Notes under the pieces: model-generated
Told to the model about the DNA's origin: nothing
What the model saw: only the letters and a program-made list of their open reading frames with translations
The model's database searches: none
Program-made: the position numbers and the translations under genes
Assembly (NCBI GenBank): GCA_043824255.1
Contig: JBDRTG010000047.1
Coordinates: 128,001-192,000, forward strand
Reading direction: 5' to 3'
Source: a bacterium
GTDB taxonomy: Bacteria; JAHJDO01
Length of the DNA stretch: 64,000 nucleotides
Shown here: positions 18,565 through 28,528 of the stretch, in pieces
How positions within the stretch are numbered: the stretch's first letter is position 1
Layout: the number at the start of each line of letters is the position of its first letter

Positions 18565-20142
18565 ATGCAAGATTTGATGACAATTAAAGATGCAAGCATA
18601 TGGGCATCCAAACATATAAGCAAGGATGTTACTCCATCAAATATATCTTATTTAATTCAATACGGCAGAATTTCTAAAAATGGAGATAATGGAAGTGCTT
18701 TTGTTAATAGGTATGATTTAGAAAAATATTACAAGTCGCATCTTGAAACTAAAGAAGATAGATGGAAGAAACAACTTGGAGATGATTTAAATTGGAAATT
18801 ATCTTTTTCTGAATACAAAGAGTCAGAAACAACTAAACATGTTCATAGACTACATCCATACAAAGGTAAATTTATTCCGCAATTGGTGGAATATTTTTTA
18901 GATCGACACACAGATAAATTTAAAAATGGAGTTTTTTTTAATCCAGGTGATATTATCTTAGATCCTTTTTGCGGCAGCGGAACAACTCTTGTCCAAGCAA
19001 ATGAATTAGGCCTAAATTCTGTTGGAATTGATATTTCAGCTTTTAACGCCTTTATAAGCAATGTTAAAGTTGGAAAATACGATATTGATGATATTAGAAA
19101 TACAGCAAATGAAATCACACAAAATCTTAAGATATTTCTACAAGAGAAAAATAATGTTAAATTTGAAGATGAATTATTGAGTGAACTTAAAATATTTAAT
19201 AATAAATTTTTCCCGTCCCCTGAATTTAAACACAAAGTAAGACAAAAAGTAATTGATGAAAAATTTTATGGAAAGCAAAAATCTGATGAATTTTCGGAAA
19301 TTTATTATAAGCTCATTGAGAAATACAATATTTCACTTAGGCAGAAACGTAATGATTTGTTTCTTGATAAATGGTTTTTAAAGGTTGTAATGGATGAAAT
19401 CAATTTTGTTTTTCAACAAATAAAGCCAATTAAAAACTTAGAAACAAAAAAAATTCTTGCTCTTGTTTTGAGTCGCACAATTCGATCCTGCAGAGCAACT
19501 ACACATTCAGATTTAGGCACTTTAAAAGAACCCGTGACGTCCACCTATTATTGCAAAAAACATGGAAAGATATGCAAACCGTTATTTTCTATTTTAAGTT
19601 GGTGGCAAAGTTACGTTCAAGATACTATCAAAAGAATTAATCAATTTGACAAACTACGTACTAAAACCTTTCAAAACTGTTTAACAGGAGACAGTAGAAC
19701 AATAAATGTTTTTGATGAATTAGAAAAAAAATATCCTGCATTTGGAAAATTAGCTAAAGAAAACAAAATAGCTGGAATATTTTCCAGTCCTCCCTATGTA
19801 GGGTTAATAGATTATCATGAACAACATGCGTATTCGTACGATTTATTTGGATTTGAAAGAAAAGATGAATTAGAAATAGGTCCTTTATGCAAAGGACAAG
19901 GGTTAGAAGCGCGAAAATCTTATATCAAAGGTATTTCTGATGTTTTGAATAACTGTAAGCAATTTTTGAAACAAGGTTATGATGTGTTTTTGGTAGCAAA
20001 TGATAAGTATGGTCTTTATTCACAAATTGCTGAACTATCTAACATGAAAATTGTAAATGAGTATAAAAGACCTGTTTTGAATAGAGTTGAAAAAGACAGA
20101 TCAGCTTATGCTGAAATAATATTTCATATGAAGGAAAAGTAA
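18565..20142 (+). CDS. Type II DNA methyltransferase (N4-cytosine type, M.MjaII-like) with an N-terminal HTH-like segment
   Basis: HPYKGKF, motif I DPFCGSGTT, motif IV SSPPY; adjacent to a restriction enzyme gene. Confidence 0.88.
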   Translation: MQDLMTIKDASIWASKHISKDVTPSNISYLIQYGRISKNGDNGSAFVNRYDLEKYYKSHLETKEDRWKKQLGDDLNWKLSFSEYKESETTKHVHRLHPYKGKFIPQLVEYFLDRHTDKFKNGVFFNPGDIILDPFCGSGTTLVQANELGLNSVGIDISAFNAFISNVKVGKYDIDDIRNTANEITQNLKIFLQEKNNVKFEDELLSELKIFNNKFFPSPEFKHKVRQKVIDEKFYGKQKSDEFSEIYYKLIEKYNISLRQKRNDLFLDKWFLKVVMDEINFVFQQIKPIKNLETKKILALVLSRTIRSCRATTHSDLGTLKEPVTSTYYCKKHGKICKPLFSILSWWQSYVQDTIKRINQFDKLRTKTFQNCLTGDSRTINVFDELEKKYPAFGKLAKENKIAGIFSSPPYVGLIDYHEQHAYSYDLFGFERKDELEIGPLCKGQGLEARKSYIKGISDVLNNCKQFLKQGYDVFLVANDKYGLYSQIAELSNMKIVNEYKRPVLNRVEKDRSAYAEIIFHMKEK

Positions 20143-20143
20143 A

Positions 20144-20620
20144 ATGGCATTATCAAACAATCAAAAGCAAAAAATAGAAGAAGAAATAAAGGAAGTTTTA
20201 AAAGCGACAGCAGAAAATGGCGAATTCCAAAAATCAGGAAACATTGCAGATTTCTATATGAAACGAAATGGGCAGGAATACTATTTTGAGATCAAAACAG
20301 TAAAGCCAAATATTGATGTGTTTGAAAAAAGTAAAACAAAATTATTGGAATGGGTTGCCAGAAAAAGAATGCCTATCAAGGTATACCTTGCATTTCCTTA
20401 TAATCCATATCATCCAAAACCATATCATCGTTTTACGGAAGTTGGAATGATGGATTCACAAAATGATTTTTTAGTTGGCAACGAATATTGGGATTTTATC
20501 GGTGGGGAAAACACCTTTCCTGAATTATTAAAAACATTTGATGTAGTAGGAAAAAATTTCAAAGAACAATTGAATAAAAAATTTAAACAAATAGCAAAAG
20601 AAAAGTTGGATTCCTATTAA
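20144..20620 (+). CDS. TdeIII/MjaII-family type II restriction endonuclease, apparently shortened by an internal deletion
   Basis: ADFYM...FEIKTVKPN, AFPYNPYHP and EYWDFIGG family motifs; only 158 aa. Confidence 0.75.
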   Translation: MALSNNQKQKIEEEIKEVLKATAENGEFQKSGNIADFYMKRNGQEYYFEIKTVKPNIDVFEKSKTKLLEWVARKRMPIKVYLAFPYNPYHPKPYHRFTEVGMMDSQNDFLVGNEYWDFIGGENTFPELLKTFDVVGKNFKEQLNKKFKQIAKEKLDSY

Positions 20621-20673
20621 GAATACGCATAACGTATCTGTCAAAAAAGCACTTAAAAGATGTTCTGCCAAAG

Positions 20674-22275
20674 ATGAAAAAGATAACTGCATCAGTTTTG
20701 CTTATTTTATTTTGCTGTATAACGTCAATAGAAGCAAGAACCTTTAAGGTTGCAAGTTATAACGTTGAAAACTTTTTCGACCTTAATAAGGACGGGACCG
20801 AATACACCGAGTATATTCCGAACACCGGCTATGGTTGGACTAAGAATATTGCAGACATCAAATACACCAATATTGCCATGGTGATAAAGGATTTGAAAGC
20901 TGACGTTGTCGCATTGCAAGAGGTTGAATCCAAAAGCTCTCTTACTCTTTTACGTAACAGACTGAAAGACTTCGGGTTGGATTATCCTTATTTTGAAATT
21001 GCGGATTCCAAGAGTACGACTGTGAAGTGCGCTGTTCTGTCCAAGTTTCCAATTATAGAGAAAGAAGAAATACGGGTTGATAGTGAATCTGCTAGAAATA
21101 TTCTTAAAATAACTCTTGATATTGATGGGAATCGTCTCATCCTGTTTATCAATCACTGGAAATCGAAAGGAGGTCATGAAAGCTGGAGGATAGCTTATGC
21201 TAAAAAGCTCAAGGAAGATATTGACAAACTAAAAGATGATGTTGACTTTATACTGGTAGGTGATTTTAATTCAAACTATAACGAATACAAAACCTTCAGA
21301 GATGAAGGCAGGTTGAACGACACCGCTGGCATTACAGGAATCAATCATATTCTCAGGACTGTCAAAGATTCTGAAATGGTAAATGAACAGATTTTGACAA
21401 CACAGGTCTCGAATGAGTATTTGTATGACTTGTGGCTTGAAATCAATAGGATTAGACGCTGGTCATACAATTTTTTCGGTAACAAAAACAGCCTAGATAA
21501 CATTATCCTACCCAAAGCACTTTACGATGGCAACGGAATCTCTTATGTGGATAATTCGTTTGATAAGTTCGATCCTGACTATCTGTTCAAAGAGGATGCC
21601 GCCGTCTATCGCTGGCAAAGGGCAAAAAGTGGCAGGGGCAAGCACCTGGGTGAAGGATACTCGGATCACTTACCGATTTTTGCGTATTTTTCCACTGAAC
21701 CTTTCTGTTTTAAAAAGCTTGACACCTTCCCCGATGATATCACTCCTTTAAAGTTGCAAAAAAGGGCTATCTCTGACCTTTACACTTCAAAAATTGGAAA
21801 TGTCAACTACAGTCTCGAACACTGTATCGTTATCTACAAATATGGAAATGATGTTGTCATCAAACAAAAAAATGGCCGAGCAATCTTTATATACAAAGCA
21901 GGGAGAAACATGGAGTATGGTAAAGAATACTACTTAACCGTAAAAATACTGCATGACTATCACGGGCTTCGTGAAATCACGGTAATTGATGATATTAAAG
22001 AGATTAGAAAAGCGGCTGATTTTACTTCTCATTTGTTGAATGATCCTTCGGCTGATTTCTCTGAACCGGGTCTTCAGAGCGAAGTCATACCAGAAGCTGA
22101 AGGTATTTATAAACGAGGATATTTTTATTATGGCAGTAACAGGAAAATTAAATTGTACTTTAAGGATAAAAAGTTAAGACCGAAAAACAATTCAAAAATT
22201 ATACTGAAACAAGTAAGAATAGGATGCTATAAACACCCTCAAATTGTTATAGAAAAAAAGGCGCAAATTAAGTAG
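20674..22275 (+). CDS. Secreted endonuclease/exonuclease/phosphatase (EEP) family protein
   Basis: Signal peptide; SYNVENFFD, LQEVE, NHWKSK, GDFNS and GYSDHLPI motifs. Confidence 0.9.
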   Translation: MKKITASVLLILFCCITSIEARTFKVASYNVENFFDLNKDGTEYTEYIPNTGYGWTKNIADIKYTNIAMVIKDLKADVVALQEVESKSSLTLLRNRLKDFGLDYPYFEIADSKSTTVKCAVLSKFPIIEKEEIRVDSESARNILKITLDIDGNRLILFINHWKSKGGHESWRIAYAKKLKEDIDKLKDDVDFILVGDFNSNYNEYKTFRDEGRLNDTAGITGINHILRTVKDSEMVNEQILTTQVSNEYLYDLWLEINRIRRWSYNFFGNKNSLDNIILPKALYDGNGISYVDNSFDKFDPDYLFKEDAAVYRWQRAKSGRGKHLGEGYSDHLPIFAYFSTEPFCFKKLDTFPDDITPLKLQKRAISDLYTSKIGNVNYSLEHCIVIYKYGNDVVIKQKNGRAIFIYKAGRNMEYGKEYYLTVKILHDYHGLREITVIDDIKEIRKAADFTSHLLNDPSADFSEPGLQSEVIPEAEGIYKRGYFYYGSNRKIKLYFKDKKLRPKNNSKIILKQVRIGCYKHPQIVIEKKAQIK

Positions 22276-22308
22276 CTAAGAAAGCGAGATTGCTTCAATA
22301 ACAGCGTG

Positions 22309-23460
22309 TCACATAATATCTCTTGGATTCTCTAGATACCCCTTAACCTTTTGCAGAAACTTTGCTCCAAGTACGCCATCTATGCATCTATGATCAAAGG
22401 AAGCTGTGACCTGCATCATTGAGCGAATGCCAATATTCCCATCAATAATAACTGGTTTTTGTTTTATCCTGCCAATTGCTAAAATCGCACTCTGAGGCGG
22501 ATTTATGATCGCTGAAAAATTGTCTATTTCAAACATTCCCAGATTACTGATTGTGAATGTCCCTTCTTCATAATCAGATGGCAGGAGTTTTCCCCCTCTT
22601 GCTTTGTTTACAAGCTCGTCACGCTTCTTAGAAATATCGGATATTGCCAGCTTATTTGCATTTCGTATAACAGGAACAACCAGACCATCATCCACAGCTA
22701 CCGCAAGTCCAATATTTATATCTCCGACAATCTCAATTGAGTCACCCTTAAAAGAAGAATTTATTTCTGGATTTTCAGATATTGCAAGAGCTGAAGCTTT
22801 TATAATAATATCATTAAACGCAGGCTTTGGTGATTTTTCGGCTCTGGCTTTTACGCATTCCGTCATATCTATCTCTGTTGAAAGATAAAAGTGAGGAATC
22901 GTTTGAAAACTTTTCTGAAGCCGCTCTGCAATGACCTTCCTCATTCCTTTTACAGGGATTGTCTTTGCAGTAATTTTTTCTGCCCCTCCAAAAGCAAGTA
23001 TATCTTCCTTGACAATTCTTCCGCCAGGACCAGTTCCATTAACCTTTGTTACATCAATTCCTTTTTCTTTTGCCAGCTTTTTAGCTAATGGAGAAATCTT
23101 TATTCTGACTTCTTCTATGATGGATTTATCCCGAACTTCTTGAACAGATTCATCAATGGATGCTTCTTCCTCTTTTTTCCCTTGTAATTGTTCCTGTGGT
23201 TTCTCAGAAATCTCCTCATCCATACTACCAGCAATGTATCCAATAATTGTTAGAACTGGCACAATATCTCCCTCTTTGTGAACAATCTTTCTAAGCACTC
23301 CATTTGCAAATGATTCTACTTCAAGAGTTGCTTTATCAGTTGTAATCTCAAGAAGCACATCTCCTTTTTCTACTTTATCTCCTTCTTTTTTCAGCCATTT
23401 GCCAACTGTTGATTCTTCTACAGTTTGGCCAAGCTTTGGCATTATAATTTCTTTAATCAT
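22309..23460 (-). CDS. Dihydrolipoamide acyltransferase (E2)
   Basis: Lipoyl domain (TDKAT), E3-binding domain (GTGPGGRI), catalytic DHRCIDG; ATG overlaps the E1b stop. Confidence 0.95.
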   Translation of the reverse strand: MIKEIIMPKLGQTVEESTVGKWLKKEGDKVEKGDVLLEITTDKATLEVESFANGVLRKIVHKEGDIVPVLTIIGYIAGSMDEEISEKPQEQLQGKKEEEASIDESVQEVRDKSIIEEVRIKISPLAKKLAKEKGIDVTKVNGTGPGGRIVKEDILAFGGAEKITAKTIPVKGMRKVIAERLQKSFQTIPHFYLSTEIDMTECVKARAEKSPKPAFNDIIIKASALAISENPEINSSFKGDSIEIVGDINIGLAVAVDDGLVVPVIRNANKLAISDISKKRDELVNKARGGKLLPSDYEEGTFTISNLGMFEIDNFSAIINPPQSAILAIGRIKQKPVIIDGNIGIRSMMQVTASFDHRCIDGVLGAKFLQKVKGYLENPRDIM

Positions 23461-24431
23461 TGACATATCTCCTTAACTGCATTTATTACATTTTGTTTGT
23501 TTGGAATTGCTGCATCTTCCAATACAGGACTCATTGGAATTGGCACATCTACAGCGCAGACCCTCTTCACAGGAGCATCCAATAAGTCAAATCCATGCTC
23601 CATAACCAGCATTGCAATTTCACTAGCCACATTCCCCGTTTTATATCCTTCTGATACAATAACAAGCTTGTTGGTTTTTTTAACAGATGTCAGAATAGTA
23701 TCAATATCTAAAGGTTTGAGCGTTCTTGGATCAATGACTTCTGCTGAAATATTATCCTTTTCAAGCTCTGTTGCAGCTTCCATAGCTACATGAAGCTGCC
23801 TGGAATATGCCACAATAGTAACATCACTGCCTTGTTTTTTTATATCAGCAACACCCAGAGGGATTATATATTCTTCTTCAGGAACTTCTCCCTTCATACC
23901 GTAAAGCATCTTATGTTCAATAAATACGACCGGATTATCATCTCGAATAGATGCCTTTAGCAGCCCTTTTGCATCATATGGAGTTGAAGGCATTACAAGA
24001 TATAATCCAGGTACGTGCATTATCCATGCCTCAAGACTTTGAGAGTGATGAGCTGCAATACATCTGCCGGCTCCACCCTCAGTTCTGAGCACCATGGGAA
24101 CAGTAGTTTTCCCGCCAAACATATATCTCATTTTTGCTGCCTGATTTACAAGCTGGTCCATTGCCTGAGTAATAAAATCAATATACATGATCTCTGCAAT
24201 TGGTCTCATGCCTGTTATTGCAGCGCCAATAGCAGCGCCAACTATAGCTGATTCAGATATTGCTGTATCCCTTACCCTATCCTCTCCAAACTCTTCATAT
24301 AATCCTTTTGTTGCTCCATAAGCTCCTCCATATATCGCTACATCCTCTCCCATAACAAAAACTTTTTCGTCTCTTTCCATTTCTTCCCGCATAGCTTCAA
24401 CAAGTGCATCCTTATATAGTATTTCTCTCAT
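23457..24431 (-). CDS. 2-oxoacid/acetoin dehydrogenase E1 beta subunit
   Basis: GEDV, DTAISE, AHHSQSLE and DNPVVFIEHK motifs. Confidence 0.95.
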   Translation of the reverse strand: MREILYKDALVEAMREEMERDEKVFVMGEDVAIYGGAYGATKGLYEEFGEDRVRDTAISESAIVGAAIGAAITGMRPIAEIMYIDFITQAMDQLVNQAAKMRYMFGGKTTVPMVLRTEGGAGRCIAAHHSQSLEAWIMHVPGLYLVMPSTPYDAKGLLKASIRDDNPVVFIEHKMLYGMKGEVPEEEYIIPLGVADIKKQGSDVTIVAYSRQLHVAMEAATELEKDNISAEVIDPRTLKPLDIDTILTSVKKTNKLVIVSEGYKTGNVASEIAMLVMEHGFDLLDAPVKRVCAVDVPIPMSPVLEDAAIPNKQNVINAVKEICQ

Positions 24432-25426
24432 CTTATGGCACCTCCATTTAATAAGTCTGCTGGAGAAGGTGCATAAATATCATCCTTTAGTTCTTTAACA
24501 TCAGGATACGGGCTTTCAACAGCAAATTTTTCCGCACTTTCTACAGCCTCTTCAGCCTGTCTCTCAATTCGAGCAATCTCTTGCTCAGTAAGAATTTTAT
24601 TATCTGTTAACTTTTTGCTGAACTGCTTAATAGGACATTTATTCCTCCATTTCTTTTCCTCTTCCTTTGTTCTGTATGCCCTGGGATCACTTCTTGAATG
24701 GCCAAAATATCGATATGTTTTGCACTCTACAAGTGTAGGACCACCTCCATCACGAGCTCTTTCAACAGCTTTCTCTATGGTTTCTTTAACAGCAAGTATG
24801 TCCATACCATCGCAGATCATACTAGGCATATCGTATGCTTTAGCTTTATCTGCCATGTCCTTAACAGCTGAACATCTTTTTGCAGAAACGCTCATTCCAT
24901 ACAGATTGTTCTCACAGACAAATATAACAGGCAGGTTCCATACAGCTGCCATATTTAGTGACTCATGAAAAACACCGTTATTTGATGCGCCGTCTCCGAA
25001 GAAACACAAAACCACTTGGGAGGTCTTTCTCATCTTTACAGATAGAGCTGCTCCAACTGCGACAGGAACATTGCTGCAAACTATACCTGTTGCTCCGAGA
25101 TTCCCTTTTGTAACATCTGCAATGTGCATAGAGCCGCCTCTGCCTTTACAGTATCCTGTTGCTTTACCGCAAAGTTCAGCCATCATTTCAGGTAGCTTCC
25201 CGCCCTTTGCAAGACAATGTCCATGACCACGATGTGTGCTTGTAATATAGTCATCCTCCTCCATTGTACTGCATGCTCCTACTGCAACAGCTTCCTCTCC
25301 TGCATATAAGTGAGATGCTCCTTTTATTACATTTTTTGCAAGAAGCTCCATAACCTTTTCCTCAAATAGGCGTATCTCCATCATTTTGCGAAGATAACCG
25401 ATTAATTCCTCCTTAGATTCTTTCAT
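24428..25426 (-). CDS. 2-oxoacid/acetoin dehydrogenase E1 alpha subunit (TPP-dependent)
   Basis: STHRGHGH, GRGGSMH, GDGA..N TPP motif and YRYFGHS; AcoA-like. Confidence 0.95.
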   Translation of the reverse strand: MKESKEELIGYLRKMMEIRLFEEKVMELLAKNVIKGASHLYAGEEAVAVGACSTMEEDDYITSTHRGHGHCLAKGGKLPEMMAELCGKATGYCKGRGGSMHIADVTKGNLGATGIVCSNVPVAVGAALSVKMRKTSQVVLCFFGDGASNNGVFHESLNMAAVWNLPVIFVCENNLYGMSVSAKRCSAVKDMADKAKAYDMPSMICDGMDILAVKETIEKAVERARDGGGPTLVECKTYRYFGHSRSDPRAYRTKEEEKKWRNKCPIKQFSKKLTDNKILTEQEIARIERQAEEAVESAEKFAVESPYPDVKELKDDIYAPSPADLLNGGAIR

Positions 25427-25446
25427 TCCATTCTGCTCCTTTCCGT

Positions 25447-26487
25447 TTATGGTTTTACAATTATTTTCATTTCTTTTCCTGTCTCTGCTCGCGCTATTGC
25501 TTCCTCCAAGTCGTCAAGTTTAAACTCCTTTGTTATATATTTTTTTATCTTTATCTTCCCACTTGATATTAAGTCTATAGCTATCTGATTATGACAAGGA
25601 CTGGATCCATGCGTTCCGGTTATAGAGCACTCTTTATAATGAACAGCATTACTATCAAATTGTATATAGGGATTATCCTTTGGCAACCCGCCAAAAAAGT
25701 TTACATTTCCGAGATTTGCAACCATTTCAATTGCGTCTTGTTGTGCCTTGCCAACCCCACATGCAACTATAACTTTATCTGCGCCTCTGCCATCAGTAAA
25801 TCCTCTAACCAGTTTTATACTATCTTCTCTAGATGGATTGATAAATAAATCAGCATCTACAGTCTTTTTTGCAAGTTCCAATCTTTCCTCTGACACTTCT
25901 ATCATTACAGTTTTTGTTGCTCCTATTGCTCGAGCAAGTTCTGCATGCAAACAACCCATTGGGCCTGTCCCTATTATTACAACAGTATCTCCCATGCCTA
26001 CATTTGAAAGTTCCTGCGCATTTATAACACAAGCCAGAGGTTCTGCGAGTGCTCCTTCCTCGAATGAAACATTATCAGGCAGAAAATTTACACATCCATT
26101 ATCTACAGCAACTTTTGGGACAATCATATACTCTGCAAATCCACCATTCCAGAAATAACCAATTGCCTGCAGGTTTTCGCACATTGCCTGCTTGCCGCGA
26201 TGGCAGTAATAGCAGTCTCCACATGGAACAGCTGGCGCAACTGCAACTCTGTTACCCACTTTATATTTAGAGACATTCTTTCCAACTGCTATTATCTCTC
26301 CTGTTACTTCATGTCCTGTAACACGCGGGAAAGTAATAAGCCTATGTCCATGATGATAGACCTTTATATCGGTTCCACAGACAGCACACGCCCATATTTT
26401 TATCAGTATCTCTCCAAACTGCGGTTTTGGAGTAGCGATTTCTGTAATCTTGAGTTTCTCAATATCTTCCAATAATGCTACTTTCAT
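25447..26487 (-). CDS. Zinc-dependent medium-chain alcohol/polyol dehydrogenase
   Basis: CGTD, GHE, CGDCYYC..C and GTGPMG motifs. Confidence 0.92.
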   Translation of the reverse strand: MKVALLEDIEKLKITEIATPKPQFGEILIKIWACAVCGTDIKVYHHGHRLITFPRVTGHEVTGEIIAVGKNVSKYKVGNRVAVAPAVPCGDCYYCHRGKQAMCENLQAIGYFWNGGFAEYMIVPKVAVDNGCVNFLPDNVSFEEGALAEPLACVINAQELSNVGMGDTVVIIGTGPMGCLHAELARAIGATKTVMIEVSEERLELAKKTVDADLFINPSREDSIKLVRGFTDGRGADKVIVACGVGKAQQDAIEMVANLGNVNFFGGLPKDNPYIQFDSNAVHYKECSITGTHGSSPCHNQIAIDLISSGKIKIKKYITKEFKLDDLEEAIARAETGKEMKIIVKP

Positions 26488-27635
26488 ATCAGTTCTCCTT
26501 TAACAAGTTTTGCTATTTTACCTTGCGAATCAATTTTGCAAATATTCTTAAGAATCCAATCTATTCCTTTTTGTTTGATTGAATTCGAAAGCTTGCAAGC
26601 GTATATGTCTTCTGAATAATCATATTTCAGTGCTGCTGAGATTCCTTTACATATATTTACAGGTTCTATATCATACTCTAAAACCAGTTTTGCGGAGCCT
26701 ATTAAACGGTCATTCGGCCCCAGTTTGCGTATTGGATCTCTTCCTACTCTGCATATTGTATCTCCAAGTGCTTTATTAGCGAACCTGTACAGCAGATCAT
26801 CAACATGTTCATAGTGCTTTTGCGAATTAAAACCATGTTTCTTAACAAGCGCTTCTCCTGTTTCTCTTAAAGCTCCTGTCACAACAGAGTAGATTTCTTT
26901 ATCTTCCAATGCTTCCCATATAAACTCATATTCCTTTTGATAACCCAGGTAGGCACATATAGAATGCCCTGCATTATGTGTATAAATCTTCCTCTCCTCA
27001 TAAGCAGCTATGTTGTCATAAGGAACCATGCCCCTTACATCAGGTATTTCGCCAATAAACCCTTTTCTGTCAACAGGAAGTGTACAATACTCTTCAACAG
27101 CAATATAAAGAGGATCTTCTTTTTGAATATCCTGAGGAACCACAGGTACCATTCTGCTAACAACTGACTCTACAAGTCCCAGATTCCTTTCCGCATAATC
27201 CCACAGAGTCTTATCAAGAGATTCCAGAATGAGCTTCCTAAATACCTGACCAGCGCCTAAGAGGTTTTCACATATTATAATGTTAAGGGGATTTGTTATA
27301 TTTCCCTTTTCTCTCTCTACCAGTCCTTCTGCTATGAGCGGAGCTATCTTTGACAGGACATTATTACCAACAGCAGTCGCAGCAATGTCCGCAGAGGCGA
27401 GTTCTAAGGCTACTGCTTTGGTATCTCTTGCATTTATTGCTCTGATATTCTGAACCTTTAGGGATGATGGTCTTTTTCCAACTATGTTAATTGTATAAAA
27501 GCCTTTCTGATTTATTGCTGATACAACCTCATCTCTTATGTCCACAAATACTGTTTCATATTCGGACTGAAACAAAAGTTGCCCTATAAATCCTCTTCCA
27601 ATATTTCCAGCACCAAACTGCACAGCCTTTTTCAT
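26484..27635 (-). CDS. Mannitol-1-phosphate 5-dehydrogenase-like (long-chain polyol dehydrogenase family)
   Basis: QFGAGNIGRGFIG, ICEN, ERKIYTHNAGH and RVGRDPIRKL motifs. Confidence 0.9.
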   Translation of the reverse strand: MKKAVQFGAGNIGRGFIGQLLFQSEYETVFVDIRDEVVSAINQKGFYTINIVGKRPSSLKVQNIRAINARDTKAVALELASADIAATAVGNNVLSKIAPLIAEGLVEREKGNITNPLNIIICENLLGAGQVFRKLILESLDKTLWDYAERNLGLVESVVSRMVPVVPQDIQKEDPLYIAVEEYCTLPVDRKGFIGEIPDVRGMVPYDNIAAYEERKIYTHNAGHSICAYLGYQKEYEFIWEALEDKEIYSVVTGALRETGEALVKKHGFNSQKHYEHVDDLLYRFANKALGDTICRVGRDPIRKLGPNDRLIGSAKLVLEYDIEPVNICKGISAALKYDYSEDIYACKLSNSIKQKGIDWILKNICKIDSQGKIAKLVKGELI

Positions 27636-28399
27636 ACAGTGATAACCTCAATCCCTTTCTTTTGGAGCTTCTTTACCAACCTTTTAGAAATACCCGTGTT
27701 TGTAATTAATTTGTCAATACTATCTATAGAAGCTACATTTGCAAACGCCAGTTTGCCAATCTTACTATAATCTGCAACAACAATCACCTCTTTTGCTCTT
27801 TCAATCATAGACCTCTTTGTTTTTGCCTCAATCACATCTGTTGTTGTAAGCCCTTCTTCATATGTTAGGCCAATTGTGCCTGTAAACAACTTATCAATAT
27901 GTAAATTTCCCAGTGTCTGGTTTGAGATAGGTCCTACAAGTGTCATGTTCATTCTGCGCAGATTCCCACCTGTTACAACAACACTAACATCCGGCAAATT
28001 TGCCAGCTCAGCAATTATCTTTACTGAATTAGTAACAACAGTTAGATTCGCCATATTCTGTAAAGAGCGTGCTATCTCAAGAGTAGTGGTACCGCCATCC
28101 AGTGCAATTGTGTCACCTTCTCGTATCATTTTGACTGCTTGGTTTGCTATTCTTGACTTTTCTTCCCTAAATTGAACTTCTTTTTCTAACAGAGAAGGTT
28201 CAAAACGCACAGAATCAATATTAATCGCTCCACCATGTGTTCTGTAAATTAACCTGTTTTGTTCTAAGGTGTGCAGGTCTCTTCTTATTGTTGATTCTGA
28301 CACATCAAGTTGTCCACTTAGTTCCGGAACCGATATGCTTTTTTTACTACGCAAGATTCCCTTTATTTTTTCCTGTCTCTCAGCTGTAAACATGCTCAT
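27632..28399 (-). CDS. DeoR/GlpR-family transcriptional regulator
   Basis: VSESTIRRDL HTH, RTHGGA, LDGGTTT and VVTNS motifs. Confidence 0.96.
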   Translation of the reverse strand: MSMFTAERQEKIKGILRSKKSISVPELSGQLDVSESTIRRDLHTLEQNRLIYRTHGGAINIDSVRFEPSLLEKEVQFREEKSRIANQAVKMIREGDTIALDGGTTTLEIARSLQNMANLTVVTNSVKIIAELANLPDVSVVVTGGNLRRMNMTLVGPISNQTLGNLHIDKLFTGTIGLTYEEGLTTTDVIEAKTKRSMIERAKEVIVVADYSKIGKLAFANVASIDSIDKLITNTGISKRLVKKLQKKGIEVITV

Positions 28400-28456
28400 C
28401 CTTGCTCATATTTGCTTAATTATAAGCATACCATGCTCATTTCTGCTTGTCAAGCA
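28393..28456 (-). promoter_or_regulatory. Promoter of the deoR operon overlapped by 10-bp-spaced TGCTYA boxes (candidate operator)
   Basis: Minus strand TTGACA(28453-28448)-17 bp-TATGCT(28430-28425); TGCTCA/TGCTTA/TGCTTG at 28393, 28403, 28413, 28434 and 28444. Confidence 0.65.
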
Positions 28457-28528
28457 AAACAATTGACATAATCGAATAATATCTTAATAATATAAAACAC
28501 ACCAAAAACCGAATATTACTAGGACAAA

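Noticed and set aside
16757..20620. queE-queC-queF next to an R-M pair as a 7-deazaguanine DNA modification (Dpd) system
   Set aside because: No dpdA/TGT-like gene; QueF points to tRNA queuosine synthesis; the MTase is a conventional SAM-dependent enzyme
22286..22296. GAGATTGCTTC, resembling one arm of a palindromic repeat family
   Set aside because: Only 11 bp with no adjacent partner arm; insufficient evidence
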